Part shown: positions 28,573 through 37,979 of the stretch, piece after piece
Numbering within the stretch: position 1 is the first letter of the stretch
How the letters are laid out: each line of letters starts with the position of its first letter
Assembly (NCBI GenBank): GCA_044224875.1
Contig: JBGAJQ010000004.1
Coordinates: 79,226-143,225, forward strand
DNA: 64,000 nt
DNA from: Gemmatimonadaceae bacterium
GTDB lineage: Bacteria > Gemmatimonadota > Gemmatimonadetes > Gemmatimonadales > Gemmatimonadaceae
Direction: 5' to 3'
The notes under the pieces: generated by a model
What the model saw: the letters and a program-made list of their open reading frames with translations, nothing else
Database searches by the model: none
Told to the model about the DNA's origin: nothing
Translations under genes and position numbers: made by a program

Positions 28573-30300
28573 ATGGGTGCCCGTTCCCTCGTCGCCGTAC
28601 TCCTACTGTGTACCATGCCAGTCAGCGCGCAGGGGCGCCCGGTCATTCGCCCTCGCGACACGTCGGTCCGCACCGGCCGCCCGGTGCTCGAGCGCGCTCA
28701 GCTCGGACGCGCGGTGTTTACGCCGGGAGACAACCTGCCGACCGTGGGAGCTGCCGACCTTCGCGTCTACGACCAGCTGCCAAGCGTGACATTGGCGTGG
28801 AAGTCCACCTCGGCCGCCGCCGGTTGGCGGTGGCAGGTCGCCGACCAGCCGTACAACGACCTAGCCACCCTTACCCCGGCTGGGCTCCTGGCGAGTGGGG
28901 AGGTGCAAGGTCCGTCGTTCCGGCTGGACTTCTCGAACTTCCCGCCGATCGGACGACGCCGACTGTCGCAGCCGTCCAACGCGCAGCGCGCGGGGCCGAT
29001 GACGCTCTACGTGCGCATCGTCCCGGTTGGAAACGGAGCGGTCGCTGGCCCGCCGTCCAACACGGTCCTCGTCCACTACACTCCCGGAGAACGTCCGCCT
29101 AACGTCGCGGGCGATTCCATCGCGGCGTCGGTCGCCGCGGAGGCCATGAAGCGGAAGAACACCGCAATCCTGGCGGCCATGTACCAAGTCTTCGACGTGC
29201 AATTGCTGTCCTTCACGCCCGCGGTGTTCCCCGACCCTAACAAGTGGGGGTGCGTATTCCTCGTGGCGAACCCGCTGTACGGCCAGGCAAGTCCCATCGG
29301 CGGGTACAAGCCAGGCATGGAGCACTGTGGCCAGCCCTACAAAGGCGCTGGCTATCACGCCAATTCACTCTGGGACTACGCGGGTGGGTGGCTGTTCGCA
29401 TATGAGGGGCTCGTTGGCGTGATCGACAACGTCAAGGTGTTCGTGGCCACGAAACTGTCGAGTGCGGTGCCCTGCGACCTCTTGCCCAAGTCCGCCGCCG
29501 AAGACTGCAAATCCGCCACACAGTCCGTCGCGTTGGCGGCCCTGTCGGCAGGCATCGCTGCAGCTGGCGTCCCGCCGTCGCTTCCGAGTCTCGCAGCCCT
29601 GCAGGACATGGCAAGAGGAGAAATCGCCGCCGCCGCCGTGGAGTTTACTTGCGCCGAGGTCGCCAAGCAGGGCGGTGAGTGCAGCGAGTCCCGGCGCATC
29701 CTCCTCGAACAGGCATTCCGCGCCGGGCTCGACCAGCTGCAACAACAACTCACCACGTCTGGGTCGGAGCCGGGGTGCGGGAATGCGGAGGAAGCGCACA
29801 AGAACGGACGGGAGATGCTGCCGTGTTTCAGCGGCTATCCCGGCGTGGTGGTGAAGCCGGCCGCGGGCACGGAGTACGTACCACCGCACGCAGTGGTGCG
29901 CGTCACCAGACTCAGGCCCGATCCGGCCGCCGGGACACCAGCATGCCAGCTGCAACTCTCGATGCTCGTGAACAATGACTTCACGGGCGGCAACCTGTCC
30001 GGCATCCAGGTGAAGCCCACATCCATGATGGGCTACCCGTTCGGCTCGGTGAAGGCGGGGGTGCCTGTCATCTCGGCCGGACAGTCGACCGACGTCACGC
30101 TGGTGATGAGCACGGTCAACCCTTTTGTCGTGCCAGGACATCTCGTGAAACCATCGAAGGGATGGTCCCAGGATTGGCTCGCGTTGTACCACGGCGGGAG
30201 CGCGCAGGTGAGCGTCGGACTCGCCACCACGCCTCCCAGTGCCACAGGGAGTGTGAGCTGTGCCGCGAAATCCGGCCAGCTCAACGCAGTGCTGCCCTGA
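28573..30300 (+). CDS. Hypothetical secreted Cys-containing protein
   Basis: 575-aa ORF with signal peptide (…PVSA/QG); no family recognised. Confidence 0.75.
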   Translation: MGARSLVAVLLLCTMPVSAQGRPVIRPRDTSVRTGRPVLERAQLGRAVFTPGDNLPTVGAADLRVYDQLPSVTLAWKSTSAAAGWRWQVADQPYNDLATLTPAGLLASGEVQGPSFRLDFSNFPPIGRRRLSQPSNAQRAGPMTLYVRIVPVGNGAVAGPPSNTVLVHYTPGERPPNVAGDSIAASVAAEAMKRKNTAILAAMYQVFDVQLLSFTPAVFPDPNKWGCVFLVANPLYGQASPIGGYKPGMEHCGQPYKGAGYHANSLWDYAGGWLFAYEGLVGVIDNVKVFVATKLSSAVPCDLLPKSAAEDCKSATQSVALAALSAGIAAAGVPPSLPSLAALQDMARGEIAAAAVEFTCAEVAKQGGECSESRRILLEQAFRAGLDQLQQQLTTSGSEPGCGNAEEAHKNGREMLPCFSGYPGVVVKPAAGTEYVPPHAVVRVTRLRPDPAAGTPACQLQLSMLVNNDFTGGNLSGIQVKPTSMMGYPFGSVKAGVPVISAGQSTDVTLVMSTVNPFVVPGHLVKPSKGWSQDWLALYHGGSAQVSVGLATTPPSATGSVSCAAKSGQLNAVLP

Positions 30301-30332
30301 GCTGCCGCCCCTGAACCCGAACCGGAGACCCA

Positions 30333-30857
30333 ATGACACACTCGATGCGCTCTCTCTTTGCCGGAACGGCCGCGCTCTCCCTACTCGCCTGTGGGGGCGG
30401 GTCGCCTAACGGGGCGCCCGCGTCGAAGGCGGTGCCCGCCGTCGCGGCGTCCGACTTCGATCCCTGTCAACTGCTGACAGCGGATGAGATTCAGTCGAGT
30501 CTCGCGTGGCGACCGGATTCCGCACGGGGTTCCGTGTACGGGACCACGGGCACATGCAACCACTTTGGGCCAGGTGGGATGTCACAACAGGTCACTGTGG
30601 TAGTTGGCCAGGGCATGCGCGCGATCGCGACGTCTGCGGACATGGCCACTTGGCGCAAAGAGCAGTACAAGGGCTACGACGTCGGCGCGATCGTGGAGCC
30701 GATCGAGGGACTCGGCGTCCCCGCAATTCGGAATGAAGTGGCCGGGTTGGTCTCGATCGAGATGGTCGTGGCGGGAAAGTTGGTCTCCGTCGGTGCCATG
30801 TCGCCGCTCGACAAAGTGCGCAACCTGGCCGCCGTCGTGGTTTCCCGCGTTAAGTAG
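30333..30857 (+). CDS. Lipoprotein, DUF3558-like
   Basis: Lipobox LLAC; FDPCQLLTADEI; IEGLG; RBS GGAG. Confidence 0.7.
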   Translation: MTHSMRSLFAGTAALSLLACGGGSPNGAPASKAVPAVAASDFDPCQLLTADEIQSSLAWRPDSARGSVYGTTGTCNHFGPGGMSQQVTVVVGQGMRAIATSADMATWRKEQYKGYDVGAIVEPIEGLGVPAIRNEVAGLVSIEMVVAGKLVSVGAMSPLDKVRNLAAVVVSRVK

Positions 30858-30975
30858 GGCATTCGGCCGCGGACGCTGAAGGCTTGTTCAGTTCTAGACG
30901 CGCTCCTGCCAAATCCGTGGGAGGCCTCCCAGGTGTTGAGCCGCGTTTCCCCAGAGGAGTAGCGCGACTGTCGCC

Positions 30976-33420
30976 TCAGCCCCCTGACTTGTCTGACGCG
31001 CGCCCCGACGGCGGGCAGAGAGCAATTCCTGCCTTTCGGGCAAGTGCCTCGAAACGTGGGAGCGTTTTTAGCGGGTCAAAGAGCGGATCACAGCTGATTG
31101 ACCAAGCCGCGAGTGTGGACTCGCGGGCCTCGAAGGCCTGTTCGAGCACAAGCATCGCCGCGTCCACTTCTCCGAACGCGAGATGTACGATGACCTGCTC
31201 CATACGCGAACGAACACCACGTTGCAGGCGGTCAAACACCGCTCGCTCCCTGCGAGCGTCTGCGTCCCGTCCGGCGGCGCGATACGCCTGCAGCAAGAGC
31301 GAACGATTGAACGGGAACGACGGCTGCAGCTGCACGGCCTTCGTCAGCGCGGCGACCGCGGAGTCCGGCGATCCGCCGAACAGCTCGATGAGTCCGCGAT
31401 TCTGCCACACGCCGATCGCGACAGAGTCGAGCGTGAGCGCGTGCCGCGTTTCAGCCAGTGCTTCGGCGCGCCGGTTCAGAAGATACAGGCCGTACTGGAC
31501 GCCCGTCGCGGCGGCGACGTTCAGTGGGTCTAGCTCTGCAGCGCGACGCGTTGCTGCCAAGCCATCCTCGAGTCTGCCCACCAGGTAGTAGAGAAACGAC
31601 GCGCTGACCCGCGCGTCGATGCTCGTTGCATTCAAGGCCAATGCTCTCTGGAACGCTTGCTCGGCCTCGCCGAATCGCAGCTCGCTGAGGGCCGCGCTTC
31701 CCAGCGCAAGGTGGGCCTCACTGAGCGTTGAATCCAGCTCGAGTGCGCGCCGGGCGTGCGCGCGCGCGACGCTGAACACCGAGTCCATTGCTACCGAGGT
31801 ATCCAACATCGGCAGTCCGGCGAAGGCGATCGCCAGGGCCGCGTGGCCCCTCGCAAAGGCGCCATCACGCGTCACGGCGGCGCGGTAGTACTCGATCGCC
31901 TTGCGCGAGTGATCGACCCCAAGGAGCGCTGTCTCGCGACGTCCCCGTAGGTACAAATCGTACGCTGAGAGGTCGCTCGTGCCACGCGGGGCGAAGTCTT
32001 TCGTTGTGGACTGGATTCCGGCAAGCAACGCGCCCGAGAGCTGCTCGACGACCACCGTGGCGATGCTGTCCTGAATGTCAAAGACGTCGGACAGCGGTCC
32101 GTTGTAGCTGTGCGTCCAGCGCTCGTTGCCATTCGTCACGTCCACCAGGTAGACGTCCACGCGTAACGTGCTGCCAGCGCGTCGAACCTTGCCTTGGAGC
32201 ACCGATCCGACGCTCAACGCCCGACCGACATCCTGCGGGGGACGTCCTCGCAGGGCAAAAGCGGACGATCGCGCGCGCACGCTGACGCCCGCTCTTTGCA
32301 ACGCTGATGTCAACTCGTCTGCCATGCCGTCGGCGAAGAAGGCCATCGCAGTGTCGCCGCTGGCGTTTTCGAACGGCATCACCGCCACGGCGTCGTTGGA
32401 TGCGACCGCAACCGGCCTCGTTCCTCGACTGCGTTGCCAGAAGGTAGCTCCCGCGGCCACCAGCAGTGTGAGGGCGACGAGAGCGGCGAGCCGAGCACGT
32501 CGACTGGTCGGCGGCTTCTGCGATTGCGCTGCGGACGTCGCGACCCCGGGAGCCGCGCCGTCCAGCACCTGAATGACCTCAACGGCGCTCGCCGGTCGAT
32601 CGTCAGGTCGTTTCGCCAACAACTGCATCACGAGGTTGGCGATCGGCGTGGGTAGCCCCGCGCGACGCTGGTCGATCCGCTCTGGTGTCTCCGTCAGGTG
32701 CGCGGCCAGTACGCCTTGTGGTGAACGCCCAGCGTATGGGTGGACTCCGGCGAGCATTTCGTAGGCGACGCAACCGAGCGCATACAGGTCGGCACGATGG
32801 TCGATGGACGGATCAGCGGCCACTTGTTCCGGTGCCATGTATGCCGGCGTCCCCAATGCCACGCCTAACGAAGTCAAGGCAGCGGCGGTGGCCTCGGTCG
32901 GGGCAGGGACCGTCTCCGTTCGCGCGGTCACCACGGCCTTCGCGACACCGAAATCGGTGACGACGGCGTCGTGTTCGGTGAGCAGGATGTTCTCGGGCTT
33001 GATGTCTCGGTGCACGATGCCGCGCGCATGAGCGTAGGCGAGAGCGCTCGACACATCGCGGAGCATCGTGATCGCATCCGACAGCGGGAGCGCCCCAACC
33101 CGCGAGATGCGCGTTCGCAGCGACTCGCCTTCGACGAGTGGCATCGTGTAGTACGGTACGCCCCCAGTCTCTCCTGCATTCAGCAGCGGAACGATGTGCG
33201 CGTGCTGGAGCCGAGAGACGACCTGTATTTCGCGTCGGAACCGCTCGACGGAGAAACCGGCGGCCATGTCCGGTGGCAGGAGCTTCACCACGACCGGTCT
33301 GGCCAGCGCCACGTCGCGCGCGACGAAAACGCGCGACATCCCCCCGCCACCAAGTTCGCGTTCGATGGTCAGCGTGGGGCCAAGCGAACGCTGGAGCTGC
33401 TCGCGAAGCTCGTCGGGCAT
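30976..33420 (-). CDS. Ser/Thr kinase with TolB-N-like domain and TPR repeats
   Basis: LGGGGMSRVF, HRDIKPEN, DFG, GTPAYMAPE; TM; VAVMPFEN...FADGMADEL; TPRs. Confidence 0.95.
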   Translation of the reverse strand: MPDELREQLQRSLGPTLTIERELGGGGMSRVFVARDVALARPVVVKLLPPDMAAGFSVERFRREIQVVSRLQHAHIVPLLNAGETGGVPYYTMPLVEGESLRTRISRVGALPLSDAITMLRDVSSALAYAHARGIVHRDIKPENILLTEHDAVVTDFGVAKAVVTARTETVPAPTEATAAALTSLGVALGTPAYMAPEQVAADPSIDHRADLYALGCVAYEMLAGVHPYAGRSPQGVLAAHLTETPERIDQRRAGLPTPIANLVMQLLAKRPDDRPASAVEVIQVLDGAAPGVATSAAQSQKPPTSRRARLAALVALTLLVAAGATFWQRSRGTRPVAVASNDAVAVMPFENASGDTAMAFFADGMADELTSALQRAGVSVRARSSAFALRGRPPQDVGRALSVGSVLQGKVRRAGSTLRVDVYLVDVTNGNERWTHSYNGPLSDVFDIQDSIATVVVEQLSGALLAGIQSTTKDFAPRGTSDLSAYDLYLRGRRETALLGVDHSRKAIEYYRAAVTRDGAFARGHAALAIAFAGLPMLDTSVAMDSVFSVARAHARRALELDSTLSEAHLALGSAALSELRFGEAEQAFQRALALNATSIDARVSASFLYYLVGRLEDGLAATRRAAELDPLNVAAATGVQYGLYLLNRRAEALAETRHALTLDSVAIGVWQNRGLIELFGGSPDSAVAALTKAVQLQPSFPFNRSLLLQAYRAAGRDADARRERAVFDRLQRGVRSRMEQVIVHLAFGEVDAAMLVLEQAFEARESTLAAWSISCDPLFDPLKTLPRFEALARKAGIALCPPSGRASDKSGG

Positions 33421-33526
33421 GCGGGTGTGTTGGAGATGTGGTTGCCAATCTAGTGCCGTGTGGCACGGACGGCACCAAAAGGGTTCGTCGTGTCACGGCG
33501 TGCTCGGTTCCGGACCACAACAAACC

Positions 33527-33730
33527 GGCGCCGGCATCGGCCTCGGCGTTCTGGTGGCGCTTGCCGTCACCCAAACCCTTCGCCAATTGCTCGAGGGGAT
33601 CCAGGCGACCGATGCGCTGACGTTTGGAGGGGTTGTCGTGTTGACCGCTGTGGTCGGCCTGCTGGCGAGCGTCATTCCCGCCTACCGCGCCGCATCCGCC
33701 CAACCCGCCGCGGTCTTGCGGTCGGGCTAA
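33527..33730 (+). pseudogene. C-terminal remnant of an FtsX/MacB-type ABC permease
   Basis: GIGLGVLVALAVTQTLRQLLEGIQATDALTF...LASVIPAYRAASAQPAAVLRSG*, with no upstream body. Confidence 0.75.
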
Positions 33731-33740
33731 GCCCTGCACG

Positions 33741-34610
33741 TTACTTCACCCCAGGGATCCCCGTTGTCGGCAGGCCGGACACGAAGCGATACACCGCAGC
33801 CAGTTCCTCGTCCCGCAGGTGACTCGTGACCTGAAAGACTTGCCCCATCGTGGGAATCTTTCGCGCAGGGTCGCGGGGAGTCCCCGTGCGGAGGAGCGCG
33901 CCGAATTGGGCTTCGTTGTAGCCGACGGCCCCGGCGATTGACGGCGAAGGGAATGCAGGATCGCCAACCAGTTTCGCCCCGTGGCAGTCGGAGCAAATCA
34001 GCCGTGCGAGGTACTCACCTTGCCGCGTGCTCAGGTACAGCGTGTCGTTGCCGAGGCGAGGAGCCGTGGTGTCGATAGCGGTGATGGCCAGGGAGAATTG
34101 ACCCAACACGATACCCAAGCGCCCAACCGGACCGTAGGCGTTCGTCGGAAGGGACGCGGGCGATGTGCGCGCCGGCAACGTTCGCAGGTAAGCGATGATC
34201 GATGCCAAGTCCGCATCGGCCAATTGGAAAAACCCCGCCGGCGGCATAGTGAACGACGCCGAGCCGTCGGGCTTCATCCCGTAGCGAAGGTAGCCGGCCA
34301 GCTGCCCATCGGTGTAGTTCGGCAAACGCGCGATCAAATCAGGTGCAACGATCCGTGCGATCAGTGGCTGGTCGAACATGATGGTGCCGGCCAAGTCCGG
34401 ACCGTGGCAGCCGCGGCACGACAGTTGAACTAGGTGTGCGCCGCGAGCCAGCGACGCGGAATCGGTCGGTGGCGGTAGGTGAACTTCGCGAACGGGATAC
34501 TTGCGGCTGATCGCGCGTACGCTGAGCGCATACACGGCGCCCATCGCCAGGACAAGGAGTGTGACCAAGCCGGTCACGATCCGCAGGGTCCATCGCTTCC
34601 AGTTCGCCAC
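33741..34610 (-). CDS. Membrane-anchored di-heme c-type cytochrome
   Basis: CRGCH and CSDCH; N-terminal TM; GTG after GGAGG. Confidence 0.88.
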   Translation of the reverse strand: MANWKRWTLRIVTGLVTLLVLAMGAVYALSVRAISRKYPVREVHLPPPTDSASLARGAHLVQLSCRGCHGPDLAGTIMFDQPLIARIVAPDLIARLPNYTDGQLAGYLRYGMKPDGSASFTMPPAGFFQLADADLASIIAYLRTLPARTSPASLPTNAYGPVGRLGIVLGQFSLAITAIDTTAPRLGNDTLYLSTRQGEYLARLICSDCHGAKLVGDPAFPSPSIAGAVGYNEAQFGALLRTGTPRDPARKIPTMGQVFQVTSHLRDEELAAVYRFVSGLPTTGIPGVK

Positions 34611-34826
34611 CTCGGGTCCTCCCCCGTCACGGGTGCGGGGCAAACCTACGCTTCCTTGCTGGCGACCTCAAGCGTCGGCGGAACGACCTGTGCTCCTGCG
34701 AGTAAGGCGGCATTCACCGCGACGGGAGGGTCCACGACACCGCGGCCACGGTGCCGGCAGTACGCTGGTCAGACCGGACCGATCTTGTCCTTGCGGACGG
34801 AAAGCGGCGACGGTACATGGACGGCC

Positions 34827-36278
34827 ATGCGCCCCCATCGATCGCTCTGGCTGCAACAGGTACTCGGCGATGCACCGGACGCCCCGCCGCTGCGTGGGAG
34901 CGAACGGTGTGACATAGCGATCGTTGGTGGTGGGTATGTGGGCCTCTGGACCGCCGTTAGGATCAAGGAACTCGATTCCAGCTGTGACGTTGCGGTGTTG
35001 GAGCAGGACATTTGCGGCGGTGGGGCATCGGGACGTAACGGGGGGTTTGTCCTGTCGTGGTGGCCCAAGCTCGCCTCGCTCATGGCGCTCGTGGGAGCCG
35101 ACGACGCGATAAGGATCGCCCGGTCGTCGGAAGCGGCCATCACCGAATTGGACGACTTCTGCCGCGGCCACGCGATCGACGCCGACTTTCGCCGCGGCGG
35201 CTGGCTATGGACGGCCACCACGCGCGCCCAGTTGAATGCCTGGAGTGGGCTCTTGTCGCTCTGCGACCGAATGGGAATCGCACCATTCCGCCAGCTGGAA
35301 CCCGCGGACGTGGCGCGCCGCGCGGGCTCCAGTGTCCACCGCGCGGGCATCTTCGAGGGCTCGGCCGCCATCGTGCAGCCGGCGGCCCTCGTCCGAGGAC
35401 TCCGCCGCGTGGCACTCGAACTTGGCGTGCGAGTATTCGAGCACACGCCCGTGCGTCGCTTCACGCGCGACGAGCCCGTGACGCTGACGTGTCCTTCCGG
35501 CACGATGACCGCTTCCCGGTTGGTGCTGGCGACCAACGCCTGGGCAGCCAGTATCCGCGAGCTCTCCCGCGCGATTGCCGTTATCTCTAGCGACATCGTG
35601 GCCACCGCACCCATCCCAGACGAACTCCACACCATCGGCTGGGAGGCTGACCTTTCGATTACCGACTCGCAGACGATGGTTGACTACTATCGGCTGTCGG
35701 CCGACGGTCGGGTGGTGTTTGGAAAGGGCGGTTGGACGATCGCGCGGGGTGGAAGCATCGGCCCAAAGTTTGACCTGAATCCGCGACGCACCGCCGAGGT
35801 GACGGCGGACTTCCGGCGCTATTATCCATCGCTCGAACACGTGCCGATTACTCACGCTTGGTCGGGCCCGATCGATCGTACGCCGAACAGCTTACCGCTC
35901 TTTGGCTATCTTGCTGGCAGGCGGCACATCGTATTCGGCGTCGGTTGGAGCGGCAACGGGGTGGGACCGAGCGTGCTTGGCGGCCGGATTCTCGCGTCGA
36001 TGGCACTCGGGCGTCGCGACGAGTGGTCTGCGCATCCGCTGATCGGGCGGTCCGCCGGGCGCTTTCCACCGCAGCCGATCCGCTTTCTCGGGGCGCACGT
36101 GGTTCGCGCCGCGGTGGCGGCCAAGGAGCGAGCCGAGGCTCGGGATCAGGCGCCAACTTGGCTGGCTGTGAAGCTGGCGGCGCTGGCGCCGGCTGGGCTC
36201 GAGGACAAGGACGGCGTGTTAGGCGGCAGCGCGCACACTACGGATACAGGCTTAGTCGATCGGTCCGATGAAACGTGA
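34827..36278 (+). CDS. FAD-dependent oxidoreductase, DAO family (PuuB-like)
   Basis: SLWL, IVGGGYVGLW, GASGRNGG, LATNAW, HAWSGPID, GWSGNGVG. Confidence 0.88.
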   Translation: MRPHRSLWLQQVLGDAPDAPPLRGSERCDIAIVGGGYVGLWTAVRIKELDSSCDVAVLEQDICGGGASGRNGGFVLSWWPKLASLMALVGADDAIRIARSSEAAITELDDFCRGHAIDADFRRGGWLWTATTRAQLNAWSGLLSLCDRMGIAPFRQLEPADVARRAGSSVHRAGIFEGSAAIVQPAALVRGLRRVALELGVRVFEHTPVRRFTRDEPVTLTCPSGTMTASRLVLATNAWAASIRELSRAIAVISSDIVATAPIPDELHTIGWEADLSITDSQTMVDYYRLSADGRVVFGKGGWTIARGGSIGPKFDLNPRRTAEVTADFRRYYPSLEHVPITHAWSGPIDRTPNSLPLFGYLAGRRHIVFGVGWSGNGVGPSVLGGRILASMALGRRDEWSAHPLIGRSAGRFPPQPIRFLGAHVVRAAVAAKERAEARDQAPTWLAVKLAALAPAGLEDKDGVLGGSAHTTDTGLVDRSDET

Positions 36279-37794
36279 TACCGAAGAAGGCGTTTGGTGG
36301 TGTGAGGGTCGCCTCGAAGAGAACCGACTTCGTCGCGTAGTCGACTTCAATCACCTTGCCATAGGTCGTCGACGACGTGATAGCGCCGGGCGACCAGATG
36401 ACGTGATTGCTCGCTGGAAGGAAGTCGACGTCTGACACGATGCGAGAGAAGGTCGGGGCACCGCGTTCCTTTCCATAGGTCCACACCTGCTTCACCGTCA
36501 TGCTCGATTTGTCGATCACATACTCTACCGCCCGGCTGTAAGCAGCCGCGGCGCCGAAGTTCCGGTTGTCGCCATTGTCGAAGAGCATGAGGTGGCCGTT
36601 CGGTAGCAGCTTCGGCGCGTGCTGATACCAGTTCCACTCGAAGTCGGCGTGGCTGGTGTTGCCGTCGAGGATCGACTGGTCTCGAATCGGGTCTCCGTTC
36701 GCGTCGATCGGCTGCAGGAGACGCGTGCGCAGGTCCACACCGTTCCCGCTCGTGCCCCATCCCTTGTGTGGTGAGAGGATCCACACGACCCGGTTGCCCT
36801 CATCCAGCTTTACGACGCCCTGTGTACGGCCGGAAATGATAATGGTGTTGTCACTCGCGTCGTATGCCACGGCGTTCACGTGGATCCAGTCGACGGCGTC
36901 ATTCGTCAATGTCCTTCGCCCGTACTGCAGCGAGGCGCGCAGGTCCCAGGTCCGGATGATCTGTTTGCTGGTGCGGTCGAGCTCGAGGATCCAGTCCTCG
37001 GTTGTCGCGTCCCCCGCCTTGCTCGCACAGACAAGAAAATTCCCGTTAGGCTTCTCCAACACCTGGTGATGGAACTGGTAACCGGGGAGGAACCAGGTGT
37101 TCACGATCCGGCCGAAGTGGTCGATCTCGTAGATGGAGCTGGAGTTGATGTCCCCAAAATAGAAGTTGCCGTTCTTCAGACGTTCGATGCCGTCGTCGTA
37201 GAACAGGTTGCCGAAGCTCGCGTGAGCGCTGAAGTCGAGGTACCAGCGCACGTCGCCCCAGGCATCGAAGATGAAAGGACTCTGCGGAAAGGCGCTGGCT
37301 TTGTAGCCGAAGTAGGAGACGAGCGTCATGCCGGGCGCGTATTGCCCGTCTTGGCGGGCATCGATCCTGATCTGCGGAAACGTGCCGCCCGGCAGCGGCG
37401 CCGTTTGAATCGTGTACGTCTTCCGCGCGTACTCGCCCCCCGTCTCACTCTTGAAGACCAGCTGCACCGTGTTGGCGAAGCCGGCGTAGAGTCCGAGGAC
37501 CGGGATGTCGTGCGTTGTCCCCACAGCGTCGAAGTCCTTCACCACGTCGCTTGCCGCGCCGTGTTTCCCTGCAACCATGACCGAGACCTTTGACGGCTTA
37601 GACGTCTCGACGTGGATCACGGCGGTAAGGGGAGCGAAGGGCGTACTTGGCGCCACGACGCCGTCATTTTGAATGAGAAACTGGTCGGCAGGGGTGACGG
37701 ACTCGTTGGACGAACAGGCGGCGAATGCCATCGCAGCTGCGACACATACTAGGCCCCAAAGGGCCGTGTTGAACCGACGCTTTGCGACGCTCAT
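36238..37794 (-). CDS. Aryl-sulfate sulfotransferase family lipoprotein
   Basis: Lipobox FAAC; IPVLGLY, FHH, DWIHVNAV, WYQHAP, FDNG, YSRAVEY. Confidence 0.88.
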   Translation of the reverse strand: MSVAKRRFNTALWGLVCVAAAMAFAACSSNESVTPADQFLIQNDGVVAPSTPFAPLTAVIHVETSKPSKVSVMVAGKHGAASDVVKDFDAVGTTHDIPVLGLYAGFANTVQLVFKSETGGEYARKTYTIQTAPLPGGTFPQIRIDARQDGQYAPGMTLVSYFGYKASAFPQSPFIFDAWGDVRWYLDFSAHASFGNLFYDDGIERLKNGNFYFGDINSSSIYEIDHFGRIVNTWFLPGYQFHHQVLEKPNGNFLVCASKAGDATTEDWILELDRTSKQIIRTWDLRASLQYGRRTLTNDAVDWIHVNAVAYDASDNTIIISGRTQGVVKLDEGNRVVWILSPHKGWGTSGNGVDLRTRLLQPIDANGDPIRDQSILDGNTSHADFEWNWYQHAPKLLPNGHLMLFDNGDNRNFGAAAAYSRAVEYVIDKSSMTVKQVWTYGKERGAPTFSRIVSDVDFLPASNHVIWSPGAITSSTTYGKVIEVDYATKSVLFEATLTPPNAFFGITFHRTDRLSLYP

Positions 37795-37870
37795 CCTAAG
37801 TCACCGTCACCGTCTTGCATCGATACCTCGCGCCCGGTTCACTAGTTTGGTTCCGCCGATTTGGCGCGGG

Positions 37871-37900
37871 ATGTCGGCAAATCGCCCGATGCGCACCCGT
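37871..37900 (+). promoter_or_regulatory. Candidate ECF-type promoter
   Basis: ATGTCGGCA-N15-ACCCGT; a same-spaced copy lies at 41162-41191. Confidence 0.35.
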
Positions 37901-37979
37901 TCGGCCGCCTCGTAGCATGAATAGCGCGGTCGGAACAGCGAATTGCGGTGACATCTCGATTCAGGATTGCGAGGTCCAT

